Source: an uncultured Actinomycetota bacterium (GTDB lineage: Bacteria; Actinomycetota; Actinomycetes; JAFAQI01). From it: a stretch of DNA of 64,000 nucleotides. The stretch spans positions 480,001 to 544,000 of the forward strand of contig CAVYQE010000011.1 of assembly GCA_963770565.1 (NCBI GenBank). Reading direction: 5' to 3'. The position numbers and the translations under genes were made by a program. A model generated the notes under the pieces. The model was not told the origin of the DNA, searched no databases, and saw only the letters and a list, made by a program, of their open reading frames with translations. Below are positions 18,856 through 29,419 of this stretch, one piece after another; within the stretch, counting starts at the first letter, position 1, and every line of letters begins with the position of its first letter.

Positions 18856-19698
18856 TCAGCCGCCCGATGCAGGTCGGTGGGCCGGGAGCAGGCAGCTCAC
18901 CGGTGTGACCAGGACCTCGACGATGTCCTCGTCGAGCGTCCCGGCGACGAGCAGCCCACACGCGGCGTCGACGCAGAGCGTCAGCACCCGGGTGGTGTCG
19001 GGGTCGCGGCGGCGTTGCCGGCAGGTCGTGCAGTAGCCGTTGATGCTGTCGGCGCCGGTGCTGCACAGCAACTGCCACACCCGGCGTCGTGAGGTCAGCA
19101 CGGCGGCGTGCCAGGCCTCGTCCTGGGCCGCGCTCCGCACCTCCTCGTCGATGTTCGCGCCGGCGAGCAGGATCGATGCGTACTCACCGGCTGCACTCGC
19201 GTCGTGGCAGCGGGCCGCGAGCCGCGGCATCGCGGCCAGCAGTGCCATCACGTCGTCGGCGCGGCTGCCGAGGTCGGGGTCGGCGACCTTGTCGGTCGGG
19301 AAGACGGTCCGCCACGCCTGCATCAACGCGTCGTGCTCGATCCCGGTGAGGATCGGGCGCGCATAGGCGGCCGCGATCGCGTCCCGGATCGCCTTCAGCG
19401 CGGTCGAGGTGACCTCGGGGTCGACGGTGAGGTAGTCCGCGCCGCCGCGGATCTCCTCGGCGTACAGCGACTGGACGGTTTCGAAGCAGGCCAGCACCTC
19501 GACGACGAGCGGGGAGTCGGGCTCGAGCGCGCGCCGACGCGCCTCGGCGAGCAACGTGGTGTTGTGCCAGGCGCCCGCGAGCAGCGGAAGGGCGCTGTCG
19601 GGCAGGCACGGCAGTCGGGACAGGACCGCGCGGATCTCGGTGAGGTTCGGGTGCGCGTCGAGCGACCCGATCGGCGTGATCGTACGGCGATGACTCAC
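18856..19698 (-). CDS. Hypothetical helical protein with an apparent internal duplication
   Basis: GAGGAG RBS before GTG at 19698; normal protein composition; family not recognised. Confidence 0.7.
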   Translation of the reverse strand: MSHRRTITPIGSLDAHPNLTEIRAVLSRLPCLPDSALPLLAGAWHNTTLLAEARRRALEPDSPLVVEVLACFETVQSLYAEEIRGGADYLTVDPEVTSTALKAIRDAIAAAYARPILTGIEHDALMQAWRTVFPTDKVADPDLGSRADDVMALLAAMPRLAARCHDASAAGEYASILLAGANIDEEVRSAAQDEAWHAAVLTSRRRVWQLLCSTGADSINGYCTTCRQRRRDPDTTRVLTLCVDAACGLLVAGTLDEDIVEVLVTPVSCLLPAHRPASGG

Positions 19699-19790
19699 GA
19701 CATCTCCTCGTCTCGAGGAGAATCCTCCGACGCGGATGCGCTCGATCCGTGCAGAACACGCCGGGGAGCGACCGGCCGAAATCGGGCGGT

Positions 19791-22523
19791 TTATGCCTGG
19801 TTGAGCCCGTATTTCTCGATGGCCTGCCCGGGTGCCTCGGCTTTGACCTCGCCGCGGCGGGCCAGCTCGGTCAGTGTGGCGAGCACCACCGACTCGGCGT
19901 CGACGGCGAAGAACCGGCGCAGCGCCTCGCGGGTGTCGGAGCGGCCGTAGCCGTCGGTGCCGAGCGACGACCAGTCGCCGGGCACCCATTGGGCGACCTG
20001 GTCCGGCACCGCACGCATCCAGTCACTGACCGCGATCACCGGCCCGGGTGCGCCCTCGAGCTGGTGGGTGATCCACGGTGTGCGGTGGTCGTCGCCGGTG
20101 CCGGTCGCGGCGGCGAGCCGGTTCTGCTTGTCGCACTCGAGTGCCTCACGGCGCAGCTCGGTCCACGAGGTCGCGCTCCAGACGTCGGCTGCAACGCCCC
20201 AGTCGGCGGCGAGCATCGCCTGGGCGTCGAGGGCCCAGTGGATCGCGGTGCCGCTCGCCATCAGCTGCGCGCGCGGCGCGTCGCCGTTGCCCTTGACCTC
20301 CGGAGCGTTCGCGAACCGGTAGAGCCCGCGCAGCACCGCGGCGTCGAGGCCCTCGATGTCCGGTGCGGGCGGCTGCACCCTCGGCTCGTTGTAGACGGTG
20401 AGGTAGTAGAAGACGTGCCTGGCGTCCTCGCCGCCGCTGCGCTCGCCGTACATCCGTTCCAGCGCGGCCTTCATGATGATCGCGATCTCGAAGGCGAACG
20501 CCGGGTCGTAGGAGATGCAGGCCGGGTTGGTCGCCGCGAGCAGTAGCGAGTGGCCGTCCTCGTGCTGCAGGCCCTCGCCGTTCAGCGTCGTGCGGCCGGC
20601 GGTCGCACCGAGCAGGAAACCGTTGGCGAGCTGGTCGCCCATCGCCCACATCAGGTCGCCGGTGCGCTGGAAGCCGAACATCGAGTAGAAGACGTAGACC
20701 GGGATCATCGGCTCGGAGTGGGTTGAGTACGCCGTGCCGGCCGCGATCACACTGGCCATCGAACCGGCCTCGCTGATGCCCTCGTGCAGGATCTGACCCT
20801 GGGTGTCCTCGCGGTAGGACAGCAGCAGGTCGGCGTCGACCGGGTCGTAGCGCTGGCCGTGTGCGGAGTAGATCTTCGCGGTCGGGAACATCGCGTCGAT
20901 GCCGAAGGTCCGCGCCTCGTCCGGGATGACCGGCACGAATCGCTTGCCGATCTCCTTGTCCTTCATCAGGTCTTTGAGCAGCCGGACGAAGGCCATCGTG
21001 GTCGCGACTGCTTGCTTGCCGGATCCCTGGCGGAAGACGTCGTACACCTTGTCGCCGGGCAGGACCAGCGGCTTGGAGCGGTCGAGTCGCTGCGGCAGGA
21101 AGCCGCCGAGCGCGCGCCGGCGCTCGAGCATGTAAGAGATCTCGTCGCTGTCCTTGCCGGGGTGGAAGTACGGCGGCAGGTCCGCGTCCAGCGCGGAGTC
21201 GGGGATCTCGAGGTAGAGCCGGTCGCGGAACTCCTTGAGCTCCGGCTTGGTGAGCTTCTTCATCTGATGCGTGGCGTTGCGCGCCTCGAAGTCTTTGCCG
21301 AGCGTCCAGCCCTTGATCGTGTGCGCCAGGATCACGGTCGGCTGGCCGACGTGGTCGCGGGCAGCCTTGAACGCGGCATAGACCTTGCGGTAGTCGTGGC
21401 CGCCGCGCGGCAACCGCGTGATATCCCCGTCCGAGAGGTGCTCGACCATCTTGCGCAGCCGCGGGTCGCGGCCGAAGAAGTCGTCGCGGATGAACGCGCC
21501 GTCACTGACCGAGTACTTCTGGAACTGCCCGTCCGGCGTGGTGTTCATCGCGTTGACGAGTACGCCGTCGACGTCGCGGGCGAGCAGCTCGTCCCACTCG
21601 CGGCCCCAGACCACCTTGATCACGTGCCAGCCGGCGCCGCGGTAGTAGGACTCGAGCTCCTGGATGATCTTGCCGTTGCCGCGCACGGGTCCGTCGAGCC
21701 GCTGCAGGTTGCAGTTGACGACGAAGGTCAGGTTGTCGAGCTCCTCGCGGGCGGCGACGCCGAGTGCACCGAGGGACTCGACCTCGTCCATCTCGCCGTC
21801 GCCGAAGAAACCCCACACGTGCGAGCGCGAGGTGTCCTTGATCTGGCGGTCGTGGAGGTAGCGGTTGAACCGCGCCTGGTAGATCGCCTCGATCGGCGAG
21901 AGCCCCATCGACACGGTCGGGAACTCCCAGAAGTCCGGCATGAGCCGGGGGTGCGGGTACGACGGCAACCCGTGGCGGCTGATCTCCTGCCGGAAACCGT
22001 CGAGCTGCCCGGTCGAGAGCCGGCCTTCCAGGAAGGCCCGGGCGTAGATGCCGGGAGCGGCGTGGCCCTGGAAGTAGACCTGGTCGCCGGACTCGCCGCC
22101 CTCTTTGCCGCGGAAGAAGTGGTTGTAGCCGACTTCGTAGAGGCTGGCCGCGGAGGCGTAGGTGGCGATGTGGCCGCCGACGTTGGTCAGCGTGTTGGCG
22201 CGGCTGACCATGATCGCGGCGTTCCAGCGGATGTACGCGCGGATCCGGCGCTCGACGAACTCGTCCCCGGGGAACCACGGCTCGGCCTCGGCCGGGATGG
22301 TGTTGACGTAGTCGGTGGAGCGAAGGGCGGGGACGCCGACCTGCTTCTCGCGGGCTCGTTCGAGCAGCTTCAGCATCAAGAAGCGGGCCCGGCGTGGGCC
22401 GGCGGTGTCGATGACGCCGTCGAGCGAGTCGAGCCATTCCTGGGTTTCCGCTGGGTCGACATCGGGGATCTGACTCGGCAGCCCGTCGCTGATCACCGAG
22501 TAGCGGTTTCGTCCTGAAGCCAT
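19791..22523 (-). CDS. aceE: Pyruvate dehydrogenase E1, homodimeric
   Basis: [30 protein letters not shown] motif [17 protein letters not shown] and [10 protein letters not shown]. Confidence 0.97.
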   Translation of the reverse strand: MASGRNRYSVISDGLPSQIPDVDPAETQEWLDSLDGVIDTAGPRRARFLMLKLLERAREKQVGVPALRSTDYVNTIPAEAEPWFPGDEFVERRIRAYIRWNAAIMVSRANTLTNVGGHIATYASAASLYEVGYNHFFRGKEGGESGDQVYFQGHAAPGIYARAFLEGRLSTGQLDGFRQEISRHGLPSYPHPRLMPDFWEFPTVSMGLSPIEAIYQARFNRYLHDRQIKDTSRSHVWGFFGDGEMDEVESLGALGVAAREELDNLTFVVNCNLQRLDGPVRGNGKIIQELESYYRGAGWHVIKVVWGREWDELLARDVDGVLVNAMNTTPDGQFQKYSVSDGAFIRDDFFGRDPRLRKMVEHLSDGDITRLPRGGHDYRKVYAAFKAARDHVGQPTVILAHTIKGWTLGKDFEARNATHQMKKLTKPELKEFRDRLYLEIPDSALDADLPPYFHPGKDSDEISYMLERRRALGGFLPQRLDRSKPLVLPGDKVYDVFRQGSGKQAVATTMAFVRLLKDLMKDKEIGKRFVPVIPDEARTFGIDAMFPTAKIYSAHGQRYDPVDADLLLSYREDTQGQILHEGISEAGSMASVIAAGTAYSTHSEPMIPVYVFYSMFGFQRTGDLMWAMGDQLANGFLLGATAGRTTLNGEGLQHEDGHSLLLAATNPACISYDPAFAFEIAIIMKAALERMYGERSGGEDARHVFYYLTVYNEPRVQPPAPDIEGLDAAVLRGLYRFANAPEVKGNGDAPRAQLMASGTAIHWALDAQAMLAADWGVAADVWSATSWTELRREALECDKQNRLAAATGTGDDHRTPWITHQLEGAPGPVIAVSDWMRAVPDQVAQWVPGDWSSLGTDGYGRSDTREALRRFFAVDAESVVLATLTELARRGEVKAEAPGQAIEKYGLNQA

Positions 22524-22708
22524 GATGTGACGGTACGCCGGAGCGGGCATGAGATGTCGGGTCGCCGCGGCGAGCGTGTCGGCCGGGCGCCCGGTGGGGC
22601 CTCCGGGCAGGCGGGTAACTTGCGTTTGGCGCGTTCAACGGGTGGACTGTGCCCCATCGACCGAATCGCGGTCGGTCCCGGAAGAGCGAACGAGGAGGGC
22701 CACAGCAC

Positions 22709-23149
22709 GTGAGCGCCACCGCAGGCGGTGCGGCGGGTCCGCGGAGCGTCGCGGAGAAGTTGGGCATTGCGGCCGGCGCGGTCGTCCAGGAGCTCGGCTG
22801 GGACGACGACTGCGACGAAGACTTCCGCCAGACGATTGCCGCTTGTGCGCAGTCCGAGCTGGTGGACGAGGACTATGACGACGTCGTCGACGTGGTCGTG
22901 CTCTGGTGGCGCGAAGGTGACGGGGACCTGGTCGATGCCCTGGTCGACGCGCTCACTCCGCTGACCGACAATGGCGTGATCTGGCTGCTGACCCCCAAGG
23001 CCGGCCGGGACGGCCACGTCGAGCCGAGCGATGTCAGTGAAGCCGCACCGACGGCCGGGTTGCAGCAGACCTCGAGCATTTCCGCGGGCGGCGACTGGAA
23101 CGGCGCCCGACTCGTCTCGCCGAAGGCAGCCAGGGGCAAGGGCCGCTGA
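22709..23149 (+). CDS. DUF3052 family protein
   Basis: VVQELGWDDD, VVLWWREGDGDLVDALVD and IWLLTPKAGR; divergent from aceE as in other actinobacteria. Confidence 0.9.
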   Translation: MSATAGGAAGPRSVAEKLGIAAGAVVQELGWDDDCDEDFRQTIAACAQSELVDEDYDDVVDVVVLWWREGDGDLVDALVDALTPLTDNGVIWLLTPKAGRDGHVEPSDVSEAAPTAGLQQTSSISAGGDWNGARLVSPKAARGKGR

Positions 23150-23151
23150 GC

Positions 23152-23607
23152 ATGCCGCAGGTCGGCGACGATGCTCCCGAGTTCGCGATCCAGGACCAGC
23201 ACGGCCGGGAGCAGTCCTTGGCGAAGCGGCGCGGCGATCGAAACCTGCTCCTCGTCTTCTTCCCGTTCGCTTTCACCGGCGTGTGCACCGGTGAGGTCCA
23301 CGCGCTGGCGGACAACGCCGGCACCTGGGAGTCGTTCGGGACCGATGTGATTGCCGTCTCGTGCGACAGCGTGCCCGCGCTGCGGGCCTTCGCCGATCAG
23401 GAGAAGGTGGACCTCCCGCTGGCCTCGGACTTCTGGCCGCACGGCGAAGTGGCCCGGGCGTACGGCGCATTCGACCCCTTCCTCGGCTGTGCGACCCGCG
23501 CGACGTACCTCATCGATCGGCGCGGGGTCATCCGCTGGACGGTCCGCACCGCGATCGCCGACCCGCGCGACGTCGACGCCTACGTCAAAGCACTGGCCGA
23601 GCTGTAA
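23152..23607 (+). CDS. ahpE: Peroxiredoxin, AhpE-like
   Basis: FFPFAFTGVCTGE (peroxidatic Cys) and SDFWPHGEVA; conserved synteny with DUF3052. Confidence 0.85.
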   Translation: MPQVGDDAPEFAIQDQHGREQSLAKRRGDRNLLLVFFPFAFTGVCTGEVHALADNAGTWESFGTDVIAVSCDSVPALRAFADQEKVDLPLASDFWPHGEVARAYGAFDPFLGCATRATYLIDRRGVIRWTVRTAIADPRDVDAYVKALAEL

Positions 23608-23610
23608 CGC

Positions 23611-23922
23611 ATGCCCTGCTACCGGTGCGCCTCGCGCCAGACCGATCCGGGGAAGGGCCCGAGCGACTGGAGGCGCGGAGTCGTCGACGGCGTACAGGTC
23701 CTGATCTGCCCGAGCTGCCAGCGCGCCCACGACTGGCACGCCGATCTCGACCATTGTCCGGGGTGCGGGTCGACGATGCTGGTGCGAGCGCTCGGCGACA
23801 CCCGGTGCCGCGCGTGCGGCTTGGTGTCGACCGGTGGTGGGGGACAGCCGCCGACCGACGTGACGTTGGCGGCCGACGTCGCGGAGGCGCTCGAGCGGCA
23901 GTTCAGGTCGTCCGCGCCGTGA
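23611..23922 (+). CDS. Small double zinc-ribbon protein
   Basis: Four CxxC motifs (CYRC, CPSC, CPGC, CRAC); starts 3 nt after the peroxiredoxin stop. Confidence 0.75.
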   Translation: MPCYRCASRQTDPGKGPSDWRRGVVDGVQVLICPSCQRAHDWHADLDHCPGCGSTMLVRALGDTRCRACGLVSTGGGGQPPTDVTLAADVAEALERQFRSSAP

Positions 23923-24007
23923 CGACGCGGCGCGAAAAATCTTTGCCCGGTCCTGTCCACCCCGGTGGGCCCTCGGGCGTTGGACGGGTGTCCGTCGTCG
24001 ACGAAGG

Positions 24008-26746
24008 GTGACTCAGATGTCCGCACGCGCTCGTCGGCCGCTGGCCGGCCGGATCGTTCGCACCTGGCTCGGCATGACTGCACTGGTCATGTTCGGAGTC
24101 GCGCCACAGCTCGCGGCCATGGCGAGCGCTTCGCCGGTGGCCGCCGCGGCGTCGGCCGGCGTACCGCTGTGCTTCGGGCACAAGGCGACGATCGTCGGTA
24201 CGTCGAAGGACGACGACATCATCGGAACGCCCGGCAACGACGTGATCGTGGCGCTGGGCAGTGCGGACAGCGTGTTCGGCGGGGACGGCAACGACCTGAT
24301 CTGTGGTGGTAACGGTGACGACACGATCCATGGTGGCAACGGCAACGACAAGATCGACGGTGGCGCAGGCGACGACCAGATCTTCGGCGACGACGGGGCG
24401 GACCTGATCCTCGGCGGGGACGGCCAGGACTTCCTCGACGGCGGCGTGGGCAACGACCGGATCCGCGGCGGGGCCGGCGACGACAATATCCAAGGCGACA
24501 GCGGCAACGACCGCATCACCGGTGGAGACGGCAACGACAACATCGACGGCGGTCTTGGCAACGACGTACTAACCGGCGGCAACGGCCGGGACGAGCTCGG
24601 TGGAAGTCACGGCAACGACGTCATCAACGGCGGTGCGGGCGACGACGACATCAATGGCGACAACGGCACCGACACCATCAACGGTGGCGACGGCGACGAC
24701 TTCGTGTCCGGCGGCAACGGCCGGGACACCATCAACGGTGACGCAGGCAACGATGACCTGAGTGGCGACATCGGCCAGGACGTCATCAACGGCGGTGCGG
24801 GTAACGACTCGATCGACGGCGGTGACGGAGTCGACCAGCTCTCCGGCGGACCTGGCGACGACACCATCCAGGGCAATGACACCTGTGAGTTCTGCCGGCT
24901 CGCGGACGTGCCGACACCGTCGAACAACACGATCGATGGCGGCCCGGGGTCCGACACGGTGGTCCTCATCCGCAACATCAACGAACCGACCGGGCTCAAC
25001 GTCAATCTCGGCACCGGTACGGCGACGGGTGACGGCACGGACAGCCTCGTCGGCATCGAGAACATCGACGCGGACAGCAACGTCAGCAACACACTGATCG
25101 GCGATGCCGGTGACAACACCTTCCATTCCGGCGACGGCGACGATGTCGAGCAGGGGCTCGGCGGGGACGACGTGTTCGTCGCCTCGCCCGGCAACGACAC
25201 GATCGACGGCGGGGACGGCTCGGACACGATCTCCTATGCGGACCAGTTCGTGTCGGGTGGCGCCTTCGTCAACCTGGCGGTCGGGATCTCGCGAGGCGTC
25301 TTCGACCAGGCGACGAGCACCGACACCTTGACGTCGATCGAGAACGCGACCGGATCCAACCAGTCCGACACGTTGATCGGAGACGACGGCCCCAACACGA
25401 TCAGCGGCGGCGAGGGCAACGACGTCATCCGTGGCGAGGGCGGCGACGACGTCTTGCGGGGTGACGAGGGCATCGACCACATCGACGGCGGCGACGGAGA
25501 CGACCTCATCGACGGCGCCGACCCGTTCGAGCGGGCCCACAACACCGCCACAGCGGGCGACGTCGCGGTCTTCACCTCGGCCACGTCGGGCGTGGATGTC
25601 AACCTGACCACCGGGACCGCCACCGGCCAGGGCAACGACACCCTGGTCAGCATCCAGGACGTGGTCGGCTCGGTGTTCGACGACACGTTGATCGGTGACG
25701 ACAACGCCAACCGGCTCAGCGGTCAACCGGGCAACGACATCATCGACGGGATGGGCGGGAACGACGTCCTGGTCGGCGGCGACGGCGACGACGCGTTTGA
25801 CGGCGGTGACGGCACCGACCTGATCACGTTCAACGGGTCGCCCAACCCGGTGGACGTGGACCTCGGGGCCGGCACCATCACCGGCGACGGCAACGACACG
25901 GTGACCAATGTCGAGGACATTCGCGGATCGATCTTCGATGACACCATCGTGGGCGACGACCTGCCCAACGTCCTGATCGGCGGGGCCGGCAACGACACCC
26001 TCGACGGTGCGGGTGGCGACGACGTCCTCGAGGGGAAGACCGGGAACGACACCTTCGACGGTGGCGATGGCGACGACAAGATCTATCCGTCCACCGGCAA
26101 CGACACCGTCGATGGCGGGCTGGGCAATGACCTGTTCGCGGCGTCTCCGGGCAACGACTCGTTCACCGGGGGAGGCGGGGAGGACACCCTCGACGAGACC
26201 AAGGCGCCGGCCGCGATCAATGCAGATCTCCCGGACGGCGTGGTCACCGGTGCAGACACCGACACGGTCTCGAGCGTCTCGGACATCATCGGTACCCGCT
26301 TCGACGACGTACTGATCGGGGACGATACCGACAACGTCCTCACCGGCGGGCCGGGCTCGGACGAGCTGGAAGGAAACGGTGGTGACGACACCCTGATCGG
26401 TGACGCCGGCGCCGACTTCCTCGACGGTGGCGACGGGACCGACACGGTCAGCTTCGTCGACGCACCGAACGGCGTCTCGGTCGACCTGAGTACTGGCGCA
26501 GCCGCGCACGACGGCGGCGACACGTTGGTCGAGGACGAGAACATCATCGGGTCGAACTTCAGCGACCAGCTGCGCGGCGACGACAACCCCAACGTCATCG
26601 AGGGTGGTTTGGGCGATGACACGCTTCAGGGGCTCGGCGGCGACGACACGCTCGACGGCGGTCCGGGCGACGACATCGTCGACGGCGGCGACGGCAACGA
26701 CACCTGCACCGGCGAGCACCTGTTCAACTGCGAGGTCACGACCTGA
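24008..26746 (+). CDS. Secreted RTX/hemolysin-type calcium-binding repeat protein
   Basis: Signal-peptide-like N-terminus followed by dozens of GGxGxDxUx nonapeptides; very rich in Asp and Gly. Confidence 0.92.
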   Translation: MTQMSARARRPLAGRIVRTWLGMTALVMFGVAPQLAAMASASPVAAAASAGVPLCFGHKATIVGTSKDDDIIGTPGNDVIVALGSADSVFGGDGNDLICGGNGDDTIHGGNGNDKIDGGAGDDQIFGDDGADLILGGDGQDFLDGGVGNDRIRGGAGDDNIQGDSGNDRITGGDGNDNIDGGLGNDVLTGGNGRDELGGSHGNDVINGGAGDDDINGDNGTDTINGGDGDDFVSGGNGRDTINGDAGNDDLSGDIGQDVINGGAGNDSIDGGDGVDQLSGGPGDDTIQGNDTCEFCRLADVPTPSNNTIDGGPGSDTVVLIRNINEPTGLNVNLGTGTATGDGTDSLVGIENIDADSNVSNTLIGDAGDNTFHSGDGDDVEQGLGGDDVFVASPGNDTIDGGDGSDTISYADQFVSGGAFVNLAVGISRGVFDQATSTDTLTSIENATGSNQSDTLIGDDGPNTISGGEGNDVIRGEGGDDVLRGDEGIDHIDGGDGDDLIDGADPFERAHNTATAGDVAVFTSATSGVDVNLTTGTATGQGNDTLVSIQDVVGSVFDDTLIGDDNANRLSGQPGNDIIDGMGGNDVLVGGDGDDAFDGGDGTDLITFNGSPNPVDVDLGAGTITGDGNDTVTNVEDIRGSIFDDTIVGDDLPNVLIGGAGNDTLDGAGGDDVLEGKTGNDTFDGGDGDDKIYPSTGNDTVDGGLGNDLFAASPGNDSFTGGGGEDTLDETKAPAAINADLPDGVVTGADTDTVSSVSDIIGTRFDDVLIGDDTDNVLTGGPGSDELEGNGGDDTLIGDAGADFLDGGDGTDTVSFVDAPNGVSVDLSTGAAAHDGGDTLVEDENIIGSNFSDQLRGDDNPNVIEGGLGDDTLQGLGGDDTLDGGPGDDIVDGGDGNDTCTGEHLFNCEVTT

Positions 26747-26782
26747 GACCGGCGGGTCGGTTCGCTCGTATCCTGGCCCGAC

Positions 26783-26856
26783 GGTCCCATAGCTCAGTTG
26801 GCTAGAGCGCCTCGCTTACAACGAGGAGGTCGCAGGTTCGAGCCCTGCTGGGACCA
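26783..26856 (+). tRNA. tRNA-Val (anticodon TAC)
   Basis: Acceptor GGTCCCA/TGGGACC, D-arm AGCTCAGTTGGCTAGAGC, anticodon arm CCTCG-CTTACAA-CGAGG, T-loop GGTTCGAG; CCA not encoded. Confidence 0.96.
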
Positions 26857-27171
26857 CGGGCCAGATCGAGTATTCCCAGCGCACCGAGGAGCACCACCTG
26901 CGCGCGAACACGAGCGTCATACGGAGGAACTGAAGGCGTGGCCCAGATGCCACTCTGCGTCCCCCGCGTGCGGGATCGCCGCAGCGCTGGCCTGATCATC
27001 GATACGACGGGGCACCTCACTGTCGTCCTCGATCGCATCCTCGCCGCCGAGCCCAGCGGCCTCGACCCGCGATAGAGCCGCCCAAGGCTGGTTCACGCAG
27101 CCGTCGAGGCGGCCACAACGGCGGTGGCCATTACCGCGCGCAAGTGCCTCCCGTTTTTGTATTCTTCGGCC

Positions 27172-27975
27172 ATGCGCGGATGGTTGCGACTGCTCGGCGG
27201 CCTCACAAGCGTGGTCGTTGTGCTGGCGACCCTGGTCGCGGCGGTGGGTATTGCCTCGGCGGCTTCGCCGCTGAAAGGCAGGGCTTACAAGGGCGCCGTG
27301 GGAGCGGTCGTGAAGGCGGGCAGGGGCTCGGATTCCGGCTGGACCGGGGCCGCGATCGAGTTCTCCGTCTCCGCCAAAGGCAAGGACGTGCTCCACTTCT
27401 CGATCGCGCACTCGCAGCTACCGTGCAGCCAGGCCGCCTCATACTCCCCTGCCGACGCGGCCAAGGCCCCGATCAAGCACGGGACATTCCGGATCGACAC
27501 GGTCACGAGCAACCACTACGGAGCCGTGATCACCGGCAGGTTTGCCGCTCATGGCAAGGTGTCGGGGACGTTGACGGTCGAGGGCCACAGTCCGTTTCCC
27601 GGCAGCACGATCTGCACATGGAAGTACAAGTGGTCGGCGACCGCCGAGCATAAGGGGGTGTCGTTCTGCCCCGATCTCGGAATCGCACAGAGTGGACCGT
27701 ACGAGACCAACATTGTCGCGACCACGGTGAGCTGCAAGAACGTGGACAAGGCGCTGCGCGCCGGAACCTACAAGCAGACGACCTCCGGCGCGCTGCCGTT
27801 CACCACGAAGGGATGGACCTGCAAGCAGGCCGCCGCCAGCGTGGACACGCAGCCGCAGTACACCTGCTCGCGAAAGCATCCGAAGGCTCACTTCACCTTT
27901 ACCCAGGCGGGTAGCCCCTGCCCGGGCAAGCAGTGCAAGGCACCGCAGGCCGCCGAAGCACGTCGAGCGGCGTAA
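27172..27975 (+). CDS. Secreted Cys/Lys-rich hypothetical protein
   Basis: Signal peptide ending ASAA; beta-rich mature region with 8 Cys. Confidence 0.75.
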   Translation: MRGWLRLLGGLTSVVVVLATLVAAVGIASAASPLKGRAYKGAVGAVVKAGRGSDSGWTGAAIEFSVSAKGKDVLHFSIAHSQLPCSQAASYSPADAAKAPIKHGTFRIDTVTSNHYGAVITGRFAAHGKVSGTLTVEGHSPFPGSTICTWKYKWSATAEHKGVSFCPDLGIAQSGPYETNIVATTVSCKNVDKALRAGTYKQTTSGALPFTTKGWTCKQAAASVDTQPQYTCSRKHPKAHFTFTQAGSPCPGKQCKAPQAAEARRAA

Positions 27976-28033
27976 CACCTGCGAGGTCCGTGGTCGGCAC
28001 CGCCGAGGGAAGGATCCGGCCGCTCATCGCCAG

Positions 28034-28075
28034 CGGGCGCTACGCCTTGATCGACGGGCGCTACGCCTTGATCGA
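28034..28075. repeat. Perfect 21-bp tandem duplication
   Basis: CGGGCGCTACGCCTTGATCGA at 28034-28054 and 28055-28075, spanning the stop codon of the minus-strand gene. Confidence 0.9.
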
Positions 28076-29419
28076 ATAGTGCACCGTCTTCTTGGTCGTG
28101 CTGCCGTCGGTGTCGACAGCGGTCACGCTGAAGTGGTGCTTGCCGACCTTTGCGGACGAGATCTTGGCGTGGTCGGCCACTGGTCCCTTGCACGACCTCA
28201 GCTTCTGCCCCGGCGCTGCCTTGCACTGGTAGGATGCCTTGATCGTCGAGCCTTTGAGGTAGCTGTGGCCGTCCTTGGGTCCGGTGATCGTTATCGTCGG
28301 CCCCGAGTGCACGCGCTCGGCCTCGTAGTAGAACTCACCGGCTTTCGTGTTGGCGACCCCGAAGATGTCGCCGGCTCCGTCGACGGCCACCGCGGTCGTC
28401 AGGAAGATGCCGGGAGCCGTCGACAACGACTGCAGCGTGCGCAGGCCCGACGCCGGTGTCCAGATCTCTGCGACGCCACCCGATCCCTGATACCCGACGA
28501 CGACGTTGCGACCCACTGCCTGGGCCGTAAAGGTGCTGCTCGCGGGCGCGACATCTGCGACGTGCCCACCGGCGATGTACTCGATCCCGCCCTTGTTGTC
28601 GCCGCGGAATCCGAGAAAATCACCAGCTGAGTCCCAGTACCGGCCGGTCGTTGACGCCTCGAGGTTGGGGCGGTTGTACAACGTGGTGAGCGCCACCGGT
28701 GGGTTCGTCGCCTGCCACTCGACCACCCCAGCCTCGGCCGAGCCCACGTAGATCCCGCCGTCGGTGACGTAGAACGCCTGGGTCGGGTCGGTAGTGGTGC
28801 CGCCGTTCTGACCGATCGTGTGGAGCTTGTCCTTGGGGCCGGTCCCGTCACCCACCGCGACCTGGTACGGCGTTCCGTTGCAGCTCCATCCTTCGTAGCC
28901 CACGATGCGTGCGGCAGGGGAGATCCAGTTGAAGCCGGTCGTCTCGTTAGACGGCCCGCCGCACTTCGCGATCGAGCCGACCGGGTTGACAAACCTCAGG
29001 TGGCCGCTGTGCCAGATGTAGGCGGTGTCACGGCCTAGCGGCGTCAGTTTCGTCCCGTCACTGAGTGCGGTGCCCACCACCTGCCCGTAGTTGTCGATCG
29101 CCTCCGATGGTGCGGCGATCTTGCCGACCCGCTTGCCGGTCCGGGTGTTGTAGACGATGGTGTTGGTGTAGTTGTTCGCGAAGAACGTCCCGTTGCCGCT
29201 CACGATCCCGTACGTCGACGACAGGTCCTTGTCGGGCGCAAAGGTGTGGACCTTGTAGTGCGGAAGCGGCGCCTTCGACCCGGCGAGGGGCGCATGCTGC
29301 GAGGGCGAACCTGCGTCGTAGGTCTCCGACACACCATTCGCCGTCGCGCCGGCGCCGAGGACAACCAGCGCTGTCACCACCGACCCTGCGAGCAGCAGAG
29401 CGCGCATCCCAACCCCCAC
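28061..29419 (-). CDS. Secreted protein, probable beta-propeller (HAF-like repeats) plus C-terminal Ig-like domain
   Basis: Signal peptide; repeats such as AIDNYGQVVG and AVDGAGDIFG; C-terminal PTITITGPKDG...FSVTAVD..G. Confidence 0.7.
   Translation of the reverse strand: MGVGMRALLLAGSVVTALVVLGAGATANGVSETYDAGSPSQHAPLAGSKAPLPHYKVHTFAPDKDLSSTYGIVSGNGTFFANNYTNTIVYNTRTGKRVGKIAAPSEAIDNYGQVVGTALSDGTKLTPLGRDTAYIWHSGHLRFVNPVGSIAKCGGPSNETTGFNWISPAARIVGYEGWSCNGTPYQVAVGDGTGPKDKLHTIGQNGGTTTDPTQAFYVTDGGIYVGSAEAGVVEWQATNPPVALTTLYNRPNLEASTTGRYWDSAGDFLGFRGDNKGGIEYIAGGHVADVAPASSTFTAQAVGRNVVVGYQGSGGVAEIWTPASGLRTLQSLSTAPGIFLTTAVAVDGAGDIFGVANTKAGEFYYEAERVHSGPTITITGPKDGHSYLKGSTIKASYQCKAAPGQKLRSCKGPVADHAKISSAKVGKHHFSVTAVDTDGSTTKKTVHYSIKA

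Noticed and set aside
24008-26746. RTX pore-forming toxin
   Set aside because: No toxin domain, acyltransferase or type I secretion genes are present.
26783-26856. tRNA-Val as the attachment site of an intact island
   Set aside because: No adjacent integrase, and I found no duplicate of its 3' end in the window by eye.
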